Source: an uncultured bacterium (lineage in GTDB: Bacteria; Chloroflexota; UBA5177; JANWHV01). Taken from it: a stretch of DNA of 64,000 nucleotides. Position numbers and translations under genes: made by a program. Below, one piece after another: positions 37,122-47,112 of this stretch. The stretch is from positions 64,001 to 128,000 of the forward strand of contig CAWHAE010000016.1 in assembly GCA_963827235.1 (NCBI GenBank). Reading direction: 5' to 3'. The notes beneath the pieces are model-generated. The model was not told the DNA's origin. It saw only the letters and a program-made list of their open reading frames with translations, and did not search any database. Positions within the stretch are counted from its first letter, which is position 1. Each line of letters begins with the position of its first letter.

Positions 37122-37913
37122 CTACATGGAGCCGAGAAGGACGCGCTCGAGCGTTGCCGCGAACAGCACCGGGTCGCTGCGAAACGCGTTATGTCCCTGG
37201 CCCGTCAGGCTGATGAGCTCGCCGTGTGTCAGTGATCCAGCCACCCACTCGGCGGCATCCCGCATCTCAGGAGAGCTCGAGGTACCGGCCAGCACTGTCG
37301 TGTGCACATGGACCCGCGAAAGGCTCAGATCGAACAGATCTCGACCGGCAACCATCTGCGCATCGTAGGCGACGGTGTGGGCCATGGCGAGGATGGCGGG
37401 CCAGGCGCCCGAAAGGCGAAAGCGCGAAATCTCCTCTTCGGTGAGGCAGGGACCCTCCCGCATGAACGTCTGTACGGCCGCCTCGCCATTCCCGGTCTCC
37501 AGCAGGTCCAAAAGGCGAGCGGCAAGGTCGACGTCGTGTTTCATCCAGCCGCGCCTCACCGGTGGCTCGTAGAGCACCAGGTGCGAGACGCTGTTCCCCA
37601 GCCGTGCGGCGGCGATAAGGGAGCAGACGGCGCCAGAGGAGTGCCCGAGCAGGTGCACCGGGCAGTCCAGCGACCGGACCACAGCCTCGACGTCCTCGAC
37701 CTCGCGCAGCGGCGAATAGGGAGTGGCATCACCGCTACCGCCTCGCCCGCGTCGATCGAGGCAGTACAGCGTGAATCGTCGCCGCAGGATCGGCGCCACG
37801 TCGTGCCAACAACGGCGGTCGGTCAGCGCGCCATGCACGAGCACCAGTGCTGGACCGCCACCCGACTGCTCGACGGCGATCGACGTGCCGTCGGCCGACT
37901 TTACGGTTTTCAA
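37122..37913 (-). CDS. Alpha/beta fold hydrolase
   Basis: LVHG, DRRGRGGSGD, GHSSGA, YEPP, GQGH. Confidence 0.9.
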   Translation of the reverse strand: MKTVKSADGTSIAVEQSGGGPALVLVHGALTDRRCWHDVAPILRRRFTLYCLDRRGRGGSGDATPYSPLREVEDVEAVVRSLDCPVHLLGHSSGAVCSLIAAARLGNSVSHLVLYEPPVRRGWMKHDVDLAARLLDLLETGNGEAAVQTFMREGPCLTEEEISRFRLSGAWPAILAMAHTVAYDAQMVAGRDLFDLSLSRVHVHTTVLAGTSSSPEMRDAAEWVAGSLTHGELISLTGQGHNAFRSDPVLFAATLERVLLGSM

Positions 37914-38141
37914 GCTCGTTCAGACCTCTTTGCAGGCGACACACACAAAGCTACCGGCGCAGTGCGCCTGCTGTGGGAATCATACAGACATGGCGATCAG
38001 CGCGGGTCACAGGCGAGTGCGCGAGCGTTCGGGCGCGGGCGTTTCGTCCGGTACCCCAACTGGTGAGGGACAAAGAGCTAGGAAAATCGCGTGCGCAGCG
38101 CATCATTGCACTGTATAATTGGGGCGATTTGGAGGTACGCG

Positions 38142-38774
38142 ATGTCGACGATCGAAGAGTTGAGGGAAGCAGTCGGCGAAGGCCAGGCGAAAGTCGCGGC
38201 GGCCAAGGTGACGCAAGGGCTGGCCGAGGGTGTGGGCGCCGGTACGCTACTGCAAGAAGGACTGATCGCCGCCATGGCATCGGTCGGCAAACTCTACGAA
38301 GAGGGCGAGATATTCGTCCCTGAGATGCTCGTCGCCGCAAGGGCGATGAGCGCCGCACTCGCCGTACTGAAGCCGCACCTGATCGAGCAAGGCGTGAAGT
38401 CGGCTGGCAAGGTCGCGGTCGGCACCGTACAGGGAGATCTGCACGACATCGGCAAGAATCTCGTCGCCATGATGCTGGAGGGTTCGGGATTCGAGATCGT
38501 CGACCTGGGTGTCGACGTGCCCCCGGAGAAGTTCGTCGAAGCAATTCGGAATGGGGCGAGAGTCGTGGCGATGTCAGCGCTGCTCACGACCACGATGACC
38601 AACATGAAGCGCATTATCGAGGCCATCGAGGCGGCCGGCTTGCGAAAGCAGACTGTGATCATCGTGGGCGGCGCGCCGATCACCCAAGCCTACGCCGACC
38701 AGATTGGAGCGGACGGCTATGCGTCGGATGCGTCGAGCGCCGTGCGCATGCTTCGCGAGGTGCTGGCTGCATGA
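38142..38774 (+). CDS. Corrinoid (B12-binding) protein of the MtaC/MtbC/MetH-cap type
   Basis: G.IFVPEML.AA.AM cap helix, GDLHDIGKN (DxHxxG), DLGVDV, SALLTTT, VGGAP, IGADGY; GGAGG RBS. Confidence 0.93.
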   Translation: MSTIEELREAVGEGQAKVAAAKVTQGLAEGVGAGTLLQEGLIAAMASVGKLYEEGEIFVPEMLVAARAMSAALAVLKPHLIEQGVKSAGKVAVGTVQGDLHDIGKNLVAMMLEGSGFEIVDLGVDVPPEKFVEAIRNGARVVAMSALLTTTMTNMKRIIEAIEAAGLRKQTVIIVGGAPITQAYADQIGADGYASDASSAVRMLREVLAA

Positions 38775-38880
38775 GCGGACTCGCTCCCGCATGGCACGGC
38801 GTGGGCACGAGAGATGGTGCGCACGCACTGTCGTATTGCGCACGTCAAAATCGGTGTCGCGTAATCCGCTTGTCATCGGT

Positions 38881-38905
38881 TTGACGGAATGTACCGGTGT
38901 ATACT
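38881..38905 (+). promoter_or_regulatory. Possible -10 element overlapped by a LacI-like quasi-palindrome upstream of ABC operon 1
   Basis: TGTACCGGTGTA (38890-38901) overlaps TATACT (38900-38905); TTGACG lies only 13 nt upstream, which is a non-canonical spacing. Confidence 0.3.
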
Positions 38906-39222
38906 TGGCAAAGCGTCGGGGCAGCCGCCGAGATTCCGGATCTGCGCGGTGAAGTCCAACGGGACGGAATCGTGAGCAAATCATGAAAGTGACGCAGTTT
39001 CTTCGACGGCCGAATGAAAAAGGTGTATTCTAGACTCACCCGGGACGGCTTGCGGCAGATCTCGGGAAGCATGGCCCGATGACGGGGTCCCGTCCATCGA
39101 CTTCCTGAAGGGAGGTGGACCACTCAAGCACTCTGGAGTCCTTATCCCTTTGACGTCGAGTACACTGCTTTAGGCAGCCGAGTGCCGTGGAAACGCGGTT
39201 GTTCTGGCATAAGGAGACTGTA

Positions 39223-40293
39223 GTGAGCAGAGACATTGACCTGGAACTTCATGGCAAGCACCTTCGCGATGTGAGCCGGCGTGATGTGTTGGCGACGATG
39301 GCCAAGCTCGGGGTCGGTAGTGCCCTCGGTGCCGCCGCGTTGACCGGCGACCCCATGCGGGCACTGGCAGCGGCTGCCAGCGAGCATTCGTACGCACATC
39401 CCGCTTGGAAGTTCGTCTTCGTCAACCACGTCACGACGAATCCATTCTTCACGCCGACGATCAGCGGCGCCACCGACGCCTGCAAGCTCTTCGGGTGCAC
39501 GTTCCAATGGACCGGCTCTGCGACATCAAGCGTTGCACAGATGGTCAGCTCGATCAGCACTGCCGTGGCCGGTAAGGCCGACGGTATTGCCACGACGGTC
39601 ATCGATAAGGTGGCCTTCGACAAGCCGATCGCCGACGCCACCGCCGCGGGCATTCCCGTGGTGTCCTACAACGCCGACAACAATCCGCTGAACGATCGTC
39701 TGGCCTACATCGGGCAGGATCTCTTTGCGTCCGGCCAGGCCATGGGCCAGAAGATTCTGTCGCTGGTCAAGCCCGGCGGGAAGGTCGTCATCTTCATCGC
39801 CACTCCCGGCTCCGGCAACATCCAGCCGCGGGTCGACGGCGCGAAGGCCGTGATCGGCACCAAACTGTCAGTCGACGTCGTGGCCAGTGGCGCCGCCATC
39901 GCCCAGGAAGCCGCGACGATCGAGTCCTATTACCTCGGCCACAAGAGCATCAACGGCATGTTCGCAGTCGACGGCGGCAGCACCTGGTATACCGGTGTGG
40001 TCTCCAAGAAGTATGGCCTGCATGCCAAGGGCGTTGCCAGCGGCGGATTCGACCTGCAGCCGGGGACGCTCGACGCGCTCGCGTCCGGCGACATGGACTT
40101 CACCATCGACCAGCAGCCGTACCAGCAGGGCTTCCTGCCGGTCTTCTACCTGTGGCTGTACCATCTGTCGGGTGGTCTGCAGTCGCCCTCGACGACCAAC
40201 ACCGGCCTGAAGTTCGTCACCAAGGCCAACATTGCCGGCTACCGCACCGCGAACTATTTCGAAGGCGGAGCCAAGACCGTCAGCCCAGTCTGA
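39223..40293 (+). CDS. Sugar ABC transporter substrate-binding protein (CUT2/RbsB-like), Tat-type signal
   Basis: SRRDVL twin-arginine signal; VNHVTTNPFF, GIPVVSYNAD, YIGQD, FTIDQQPYQQG; AAGGAG RBS before GTG. Confidence 0.92.
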   Translation: MSRDIDLELHGKHLRDVSRRDVLATMAKLGVGSALGAAALTGDPMRALAAAASEHSYAHPAWKFVFVNHVTTNPFFTPTISGATDACKLFGCTFQWTGSATSSVAQMVSSISTAVAGKADGIATTVIDKVAFDKPIADATAAGIPVVSYNADNNPLNDRLAYIGQDLFASGQAMGQKILSLVKPGGKVVIFIATPGSGNIQPRVDGAKAVIGTKLSVDVVASGAAIAQEAATIESYYLGHKSINGMFAVDGGSTWYTGVVSKKYGLHAKGVASGGFDLQPGTLDALASGDMDFTIDQQPYQQGFLPVFYLWLYHLSGGLQSPSTTNTGLKFVTKANIAGYRTANYFEGGAKTVSPV

Positions 40294-40310
40294 CCATAGG
40301 GTTACCGGCG

Positions 40311-40351
40311 GCCGGCTCGCGGGCAGCGTCACTAGCTATCCGCGAGCCGGC
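40311..40351 (+). terminator. Stem-loop after SBP gene (mRNA stabiliser or partial terminator)
   Basis: GCCGGCTCGCGG / CCGCGAGCCGGC 12-bp stem. Confidence 0.6.
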
Positions 40352-40573
40352 GCCCTGGGAAAGTCCCAGACCGTGGCCGGTGGTCGGCCAACAGGGATGT
40401 GTTCCAGACTCAATCCGGCGTGTGATTTCGGGCGCAAAGGCGAACACAGTCTCCCTGTCACCGGGATCGGGTTGCAGTCGGGAGCTGGCCAGGTGGTAGG
40501 TGTTCGGGAGCCGGTAGCGCTCCTCTACTCGGTAGATACGTTCGACCGCTGGTGATAAGGATGACATGATCAT

Positions 40574-41647
40574 ATGGCCGCTCAAGTTGCTACCGCGAAC
40601 AAGCCCGACCTGATGCACACGATCGCCGCGCTGCCTCTAAAGTATCGCGAGATCAGCGTCGGCGTCGTGGCGGTGATTGTATGCGTGGTCTTCCAGGCCA
40701 TCAACTCGAATTTCTTCAGCCTCAACGAGATGGCCAACATCCTGCGGCTGACCGGCCAGTATGGCATACTCGCCCTGGCCGAAGTACTGGTCATGATTAC
40801 CGGGGAGATCGACCTGTCCGCCGCGAAGGTGTATGGCATTGCGCCGTTCGTGATGTACTTCTTCTACAATGGCTTTTCTCTACCCTTGATCTTCTTCACT
40901 GTCAGTATTCCTGCCACTCCTCTGGTGATTGCGTTCGCTCTGGCTGTTCTCGCCGGCGTGCTAATCGGCTTTGTGAACGGCTTCGTGACCGTGCAGTTCG
41001 GCGTGCCCTCGCTGATCACGACCCTGGGCACGTTCTTCTTCCTGGACGGCTTTACGAACTACATGGCGAACAGCCAGCAGCTTCCTCAGGCGTATCCGGA
41101 TCCGTTCAATCGCTTCTTTGGCTATAACCTCTATACGCCCGATACCGGATTCCAGCTTGCCTATCTCACCAGTATTTCCATATTCATCTGGGCTGTACTA
41201 GGAGCTCTGGCCATCACCTACATGCTCAAGAAGACGGTGTTTGGCCTGCACACGATCTCGGTCGGCAGCAACCTGGAAGGTGCCAAGGAGATCGGTGTCC
41301 GCGTGCAAAGAACCAAGATTTGGAACTTCATGCTTGCCGGCGGGCTCGCCGCGTTCGCGGGTATCCTCTTCGCGGTGCTCAATACTGAGACCGACCCCAG
41401 CGCCGGAGATCCGAGTCTGAACCTCTACGCGATTGCCGGGGCCGTGATTGGAGGCACCTCGCTGTTTGGCGGCTCGGGAACAGCGATCGGCGCCATCCTC
41501 GGCGCTTTCGTGATCGCATCACTCAGCCAGGGCCTGCCCCTGATCGGTGTCTCCGCAAACGTCTCCAACATGATTGTCGGTATCGCGATCCTGCTCGCGA
41601 TGATATTGAACATCTACCTCGATCACTTCAGGGCGCGGAGGGGATGA
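40574..41647 (+). CDS. Sugar ABC transporter permease (RbsC family)
   Basis: ITGEIDLS, GVPSLITTLG, GSN.EGA...GV, AIAGAVIGGTSLFGGSG. Confidence 0.93.
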   Translation: MAAQVATANKPDLMHTIAALPLKYREISVGVVAVIVCVVFQAINSNFFSLNEMANILRLTGQYGILALAEVLVMITGEIDLSAAKVYGIAPFVMYFFYNGFSLPLIFFTVSIPATPLVIAFALAVLAGVLIGFVNGFVTVQFGVPSLITTLGTFFFLDGFTNYMANSQQLPQAYPDPFNRFFGYNLYTPDTGFQLAYLTSISIFIWAVLGALAITYMLKKTVFGLHTISVGSNLEGAKEIGVRVQRTKIWNFMLAGGLAAFAGILFAVLNTETDPSAGDPSLNLYAIAGAVIGGTSLFGGSGTAIGAILGAFVIASLSQGLPLIGVSANVSNMIVGIAILLAMILNIYLDHFRARRG

Positions 41648-42459
41648 TGGCGACCCAAGATACGACGCTCCAGTCGAGCATCGACCAGGGGCAGGTAATC
41701 TACGAGGCCCAGCACGTCAGCAAGAGCTTCGGCGCCGTAACGGCCCTCCGCGACGTGAACATGAAGCTGCACCAGGGCGAGGTGCTGGGGTTGGTCGGCG
41801 ATAACGGAGCCGGCAAATCCACGTTTATCAAGATCCTTACCGGCTTCCACGCGCCCGACTCCGGTCACCTGATTTTCGAGGGTCACCCGATCAAGCTCGG
41901 TTCTCCCACCGACGCACGACGAATCGGCATTCAGACGGTGTACCAGGATCTGGCGCTGATCAAGGATTTGAGCGTCTATCACAACATGTTTCTGGGGCGC
42001 GAGCTCCGGCACTGGTGGGGCCTCGACAATCGCGGCATGCGCCGCCAGACAGTCGAGGCGTTGGGCAGGCTCGGCATCAAGCTCACCTCGGTGGAGAGCA
42101 CGGTCGAGCGCCTATCAGGCGGCCAGCGCCAGTCGATCGCCGTGGCGCGCTCGGTGTTCTCGAATCCAAAGGTGCTGTTCCTGGATGAGCCTCTGGCCGC
42201 GTTGGGCGTGCGTGAGGGCCGGCTGGTGCTGGATCTCGTTCTGGAACTCAAAGCACGGCGCGACGTGTCCATCATCCTTATCGCGCACAATTACAGCCAG
42301 GTCTTTGAAGTGTGCGATCGAATCAACTTCTTGAGCGGCGGCCGGATCGTCTACGACACGTATACGAAGGACACGAGCGTCGCCGAACTGGTCGACCTGG
42401 TCTCGGCGGGCTACCGCCGTGGCGCATCGTCAGGCGCCGCTGCGGAGGGCACGGCCTGA
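41644..42459 (+). CDS. Sugar ABC transporter ATP-binding protein (single domain)
   Basis: GDNGAGKST, VYQDLAL, LSGGQRQ, LFLDEP, IAHN; ATGA overlap with permease. Confidence 0.93.
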   Translation: MMATQDTTLQSSIDQGQVIYEAQHVSKSFGAVTALRDVNMKLHQGEVLGLVGDNGAGKSTFIKILTGFHAPDSGHLIFEGHPIKLGSPTDARRIGIQTVYQDLALIKDLSVYHNMFLGRELRHWWGLDNRGMRRQTVEALGRLGIKLTSVESTVERLSGGQRQSIAVARSVFSNPKVLFLDEPLAALGVREGRLVLDLVLELKARRDVSIILIAHNYSQVFEVCDRINFLSGGRIVYDTYTKDTSVAELVDLVSAGYRRGASSGAAAEGTA

Positions 42460-42509
42460 GCACCGGCCGGGACGAGGCCAGCGGCATAGGTGCGGGCTAT
42501 CGTTGCCAG

Positions 42510-42549
42510 CTGCCGCCGGTGTGCTCCTGAAGGAGCACACCGGCGGCAG
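42510..42549. terminator. Stem-loop terminator after ABC operon 1
   Basis: 18-bp perfect stem CTGCCGCCGGTGTGCTCC-TGAA-GGAGCACACCGGCGGCAG. Confidence 0.75.
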
Positions 42550-42603
42550 TAGCATTTCGGGCCCGGGCCGGCCTGCTGCGCTGACTGCCTCCGGCAGAAC
42601 AGG

Positions 42604-43050
42604 GTGGTGCATGCGGTGGATAGCGATACCCGGGCGGCACGCGTTCGAAGCGCCTCACCGGGCCGCCAGGCCGGCGACGCACTCTCGAGCTTCTTGGGGG
42701 TGGTCGAGGAAGCGAACATACAAGCCGCTGCCATCACCGTCGCCGTAACTACCATGACCGCCAGCGTCGCCGCGTTGACTGCCGTGTCCGATCGCGTGGC
42801 GAAGATCGAAGGCGAGACTGCCGTAACCGCCGAGCAGATGTGATCCGTGGCGGAGCGTATGCAAGACGCCGTCGACAGTATCGCGACGATCAGCGAGCAG
42901 AGCGCGGCCGGCGCGGAAGGCGTGAGCGGATCAACGCTAGAGCAGACTGCCAGCGTCGAGCAGGTCAGCGTGGGAGCCGGCGAGCTGTCGCAGTGGGCCG
43001 AGCAGGTGCAGGAGCCGATGCCTCACTTCAAGCTCGTGAGCACAAGCTAG
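42604..43050 (+). pseudogene. C-terminal remnant of a methyl-accepting chemotaxis protein
   Basis: AVDSIATISEQSAAGAEGVSGSTLEQTASVEQV...AGEL...F methylation-helix pattern; in-frame TGA at 42841-42843 separates ORFs 42604..42843 and 42847..43050; no 5' part. Confidence 0.75.
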
Positions 43051-44090
43051 CGCTGAACGCGTCCCGACGCGTTACCTTCCATGAGCGCTCTGACCTCGGC
43101 GACGGTGACCAGGTTGAGGTCGCCCGGAATCGAATGCTTGAGCGCCGAGGCAGCCGCGGCAAAGTTGAGCGCGTCGACAGCCTCCATGTTCGTGGCCAGC
43201 CCGAAGATGAAGGCACCGGCGAACGCATCGCCCGATCCGACCCGGTCGACAATATGCGTGATATCGTAGTGAGCGCTGGTAAAGAACCCGGCGCCGTCGA
43301 ACAGACAAGCCGACCATCCGTTGTGGCTGGCATTGTGGCTCTCGCGCAGCGTAATGGCCTGGTACCTCAGATTAGGAAATGCCGCGCATACCTTTCGGCA
43401 CAGTGCCTCGTAGCGGGCCGAGCTCACTTCACCGGTGTGAACAGCCCGCTGCCAGTCACCCTCGTCGACGGTGATGCCCAGGCATTGCTGGCAGTCCTCC
43501 TCGTTGGCGATGCCGACGTCCACGTAGCGCACGATCTCGGACATCACTTCGGGTGCCGCCTTGCCGTACTTCCACAGCTTGCCGCGATAGTTGTAGTCAC
43601 ACGAGACCGTGAGACCCTTGTCCTTCGCCGCCCGCACGGCGGCCAGCGAGATGTCGGCCGCCCCGGCACTGATCGAGGGCGTGATGCCCGTGATATGGAA
43701 CCAGCTTGCTCCCTCGAAGATCTTGTCCCAGTCGAAGTCGCTCGTCTTCGCGGCAGCTATGGCCGAGTGGGCGCGATCATACAAGACCACCGAGGCGCGT
43801 TGGTTGGCACCCGCCTCCACGAAGTAGATGCCGACGCGCTGGCCGCCTCGAATGATTCGCGAGGTATCGATGCCCGCTTTGCGAAGCTCACCGATGCAGG
43901 CTTCCCCTACGGCATTGTTCGGCAGCACGGTCACGAACGCCGAATCCAGCCCGAATCGGGCGAGCGAGGTCGCGACATTGGATTCGCCTCCCCCGAAGGT
44001 TGCCTCGAGAGCAGGCGACTGCAGCAAGCGCTCGAACTGGGGAGCCTTCAAGCGCAGCATGATCTCGCCGAGCGTCACCACGCGCGTCAT
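43047..44090 (-). CDS. kdgK: 2-keto-3-deoxygluconate kinase (PfkB family)
   Basis: [58 protein letters not shown]-terminus. Confidence 0.9.
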   Translation of the reverse strand: MTRVVTLGEIMLRLKAPQFERLLQSPALEATFGGGESNVATSLARFGLDSAFVTVLPNNAVGEACIGELRKAGIDTSRIIRGGQRVGIYFVEAGANQRASVVLYDRAHSAIAAAKTSDFDWDKIFEGASWFHITGITPSISAGAADISLAAVRAAKDKGLTVSCDYNYRGKLWKYGKAAPEVMSEIVRYVDVGIANEEDCQQCLGITVDEGDWQRAVHTGEVSSARYEALCRKVCAAFPNLRYQAITLRESHNASHNGWSACLFDGAGFFTSAHYDITHIVDRVGSGDAFAGAFIFGLATNMEAVDALNFAAAASALKHSIPGDLNLVTVAEVRALMEGNASGRVQR

Positions 44091-44744
44091 CGGGAAGCCT
44101 CGCCTCCGGCACGAACCGACACTACGATCCGGCACGCCTCAGCCGCTGCCTGTTTGATCTCCGTCGAACCGGCCGGCGGCGATCAGCGCCGCGGACGCCA
44201 TCCAGCTTCCTCCGACGGCGAGCACATTCGGCAGCCGAAGATAATCGCCGGCGTTGGCGGCGCTGATGCCGCCCGTGGGAACGAACTTGAGGCCTCCAAA
44301 CGGTCCGGAGAACGCCTTGAGCATGCGAACGCCGCCCAGTTCTTCCGCCGGGAAGAACTTGAGCACCTTCAGGCCCTTGGCCCTGGCCATCATGACCTCG
44401 GTCGGCGTGGCCGCTCCCGGCGTAACGGCGATGTCGCGCGCCAGGCACCAGTCGACGATGGCAGGGTCAAATCCTGGTGAGACGACAAACCGCGCGCCTG
44501 CGTCTACTGCCTGCTCGGCCTGCTCGAGCGTCATAACCGTTCCAGCACCGACCAGCATGTTCGGCAGCCGCGTCGCGATATCGCGAATGGCGTCCCTGGC
44601 CGCCGCGGTGCGGAAGGTGATCTCCGCCACCGGCAGCCCTCCGCCGGCAAGTGCCTCCGCGAGCGGCACGGCATCTTCGACTCTGTCGATCTTGATCACC
44701 GGCACCAGTCCGACCTGGCCTATAGCTCCGAGCACGTCAGTCAT
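44087..44744 (-). CDS. eda: KDPG/KHG aldolase; 1-nt insertion near 44161 alters the C-terminus (literal ORF ends 44139)
   Basis: AEITFRT, GAGTV, VSPG, KFFPA, PTGGI, GGSW; shifted frame gives [24 protein letters not shown], whose TGA overlaps the kdgK ATG. Confidence 0.9.
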
Positions 44745-45009
44745 ATATAACTCCACATTCCTTAGATCTTCGCAAGAATCCGGCATGCACAAGTCTACCG
44801 CTATTGCGGTCGGTCAGGAGACCGCAAAAGGGCGTTGCCGCCGGTCCGAGCACGATGCCGGAGTTGCCCCGGGGCATATCACCGATCTGATGAGGCGCCG
44901 AGTCCCATCCGCCAGCCCGAGCGCATGGCGGGAAGCTTCAGCAGAGACCGGCCGCAGACATGACGTGCGTCTGACGTGTCATGGCCTTGAGTGCCAAGAG
45001 CGAAGCATA

Positions 45010-45813
45010 CTACTGCGACAGATGGTCGTTGGCAGGCTCCTGGTTCTCCGGCTCGTCCAGCCTGTAGCCCGAGGTAACGAGCTCCATGAGCTCGTTGACC
45101 GTGGTGTCCTTGGTCCGCTGATCGTACGTGATCTTGCCGCCACTGACGAAGTTGATGCGGTCTGAGATCTCGAAGATCTGCGCGTAGTTGTGGGCAATCA
45201 GGATGATGGACACATCGCCGCGCCGCTTCAGCTCCCGCACCAGATTGAGCACGAGGCGACCCTCGCGCACGCCCAAGGCAGCCAAGGGCTCGTCGAGAAT
45301 CAGCAGGGTCGGGTTGGCGTAGATCGAGCGCGCAACCGCGATCGATTGGCGTTGCCCGCCGGAGAGCTGCGCCACGGTGCTCTCGATGCTGGGAAGACGA
45401 ATGCCCAGGCTATCCAGATAGGTGCGCGTCTGGCGGCGCATGAGCTTGTGATCCAGAAGGGGCACGCCCAACACGCGCCGGAGCGGCTCACGACCCAGGA
45501 ACATGTTGTGGTAGACGGTCAGGTCGTTCACCAGGGCCAGATCCTGATAGACGGTCTGGATGCCCAGTGCGCGCGCGTCAATAGGGGAGTTCAGATTCAG
45601 CGGCTTGCCCTGGAACGTGAGTGTGCCGCCGTCGGGCTTGTGGAATCCGGAGATGATCTTGATCAGGGTGGACTTGCCGGCGCCGTTGTCCCCGACCAGT
45701 CCCAGTACTTCGCCCCGGCGCAGATGCATGCTCACGTCGGTCAGGGCGGTGACCGCGCCAAATCGCTTGCTGATGTGCTCCGCCTGGAGAATGATCGGCG
45801 CTTCCTCGACCAT
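45010..45813 (-). CDS. Sugar ABC transporter ATP-binding protein
   Basis: GDNGAGKST, LSGGQRQ, LILDEP; TGATG coupling to permease; paralog of 41644..42459. Confidence 0.93.
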   Translation of the reverse strand: MVEEAPIILQAEHISKRFGAVTALTDVSMHLRRGEVLGLVGDNGAGKSTLIKIISGFHKPDGGTLTFQGKPLNLNSPIDARALGIQTVYQDLALVNDLTVYHNMFLGREPLRRVLGVPLLDHKLMRRQTRTYLDSLGIRLPSIESTVAQLSGGQRQSIAVARSIYANPTLLILDEPLAALGVREGRLVLNLVRELKRRGDVSIILIAHNYAQIFEISDRINFVSGGKITYDQRTKDTTVNELMELVTSGYRLDEPENQEPANDHLSQ

Positions 45814-46880
45814 CACGGCCTCCTGCGCTCGCGAGCGGTGTTCACCCAAACGTTGAGGATCATGGCACCGACGATGGCCGCGCCAAGATAGATATCGGAT
45901 TGTGTCGCCTGAGCGCCGAGGAGAACCAGTCCATCATTGAGCGAAGCGACTACAAAGGCACCGATCAGAGCACCAATCGCCGTGCCGACGCCGCCGAACA
46001 AGGACGTGCCGCCGATAACGGCCGCGCCGATAGCCTGCAGGGTGAGATTGGGGCCGCCAGCCAGAGGATCAGCCGATCCGTACTGTATACAGTTGATGAT
46101 CCCGGCCAGCGCCGCGGCAGCGCCGACGATCATGAAGTTGTAGACCTTGATGCGGTCGGCGCGCACGCCGATCTCCCTCGCGGCAAGCAGGTTGCTGCCG
46201 GTGGCCGTCGTGTGAAGGCCGAACTTCGTGTGCAGCAGCACCATCGTCAACACCACCACCACCCCGGCAGCCCAGAGAAATGGCGTATATGCAGTGATCG
46301 TGGGCCACGAGAAGAACGAGTTGAGCGGGCTGAAGAGGTTCTCGCCGAAGATCTTGTTGAATGGCTCTTGCATGGGGTCGTCGAGCGGGATGCTGTTTCC
46401 GATGCTGATCGTGATGCCGTTCAAGAGGAAGAAGGTGCCCAGCGTGGTGATGAGGGAAGGCACGCGGAACATAACGGTGATGAGCCCGTTGACAAGGCCG
46501 ATCACCACGCCGATCACGATGGCCACGAGCGCCGCCAGCCACAGGTTAAAGCCGTTCACGGTTGCCAACATGATCATGACGTACGGGGCCAGGCTGAACG
46601 TGCTGCCTACGGAGAGATCGATCTCCCCGGTTATCATCAACATCACCATGGCCGCCGAGATGAGACCGATCCGGCCCGTGTCTCGCAACACCACGCTGAT
46701 CTCGGAGTTGGTGAGGAACGTGGTATTGCGCGCCTGGAAGAAGACGGTCAGCACAATGGCGACGAGCAGGATACTGGTTTCTCGATAGCGGGACAGAAAG
46801 ACCAGAACGCTTTCGAATCTGCCCGGAGGAGCCTGGCCAGGACGCCCCGGGCTACTTGCTGATGTGCTCACCTGTGCCAT
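45813..46880 (-). CDS. Sugar ABC transporter permease
   Basis: ITGEIDLSVG, VPSLITTLG, AIGAAVIGGTSLFGG. Confidence 0.93.
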   Translation of the reverse strand: MAQVSTSASSPGRPGQAPPGRFESVLVFLSRYRETSILLVAIVLTVFFQARNTTFLTNSEISVVLRDTGRIGLISAAMVMLMITGEIDLSVGSTFSLAPYVMIMLATVNGFNLWLAALVAIVIGVVIGLVNGLITVMFRVPSLITTLGTFFLLNGITISIGNSIPLDDPMQEPFNKIFGENLFSPLNSFFSWPTITAYTPFLWAAGVVVVLTMVLLHTKFGLHTTATGSNLLAAREIGVRADRIKVYNFMIVGAAAALAGIINCIQYGSADPLAGGPNLTLQAIGAAVIGGTSLFGGVGTAIGALIGAFVVASLNDGLVLLGAQATQSDIYLGAAIVGAMILNVWVNTARERRRP

Positions 46881-47071
46881 TTTCGCTTCTTCTCTGCCTC
46901 AATCACTTGGGCCACACCGAACAAAGCCTTATCCAGGCGCCACCGGAGATCCTTCGACTTTGCGATAGATCCCGGCGGCGCCTGCTCAGGCCAGCTTATC
47001 TCGCAGCTAGTGTAACGACCCCTGAGACCGGGCGAGTTCCGTGACAAGCAGCGATCTCGGGTATCGTCGCA

Positions 47072-47097
47072 GATTAGACGAGCCGTGTCGCCTAATC
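47072..47097 (-). terminator. Stem-loop after second SBP gene
   Basis: Minus strand GATTAGGCGA-CACGGC-TCGTCTAATC with one G-U pair. Confidence 0.45.
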
Positions 47098-47112
47098 CAG
47101 CACACGCAGCTG

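Noticed and set aside
37960-38090. Cobalamin riboswitch upstream of the corrinoid gene (GGGAA ... CCCCAACTGGTGA)
   Set aside because: Only isolated words match; the conserved GGTG-AA-TCC core and B12 box could not be found, and a TATAAT lies downstream of it. An Infernal/Rfam scan would settle it.
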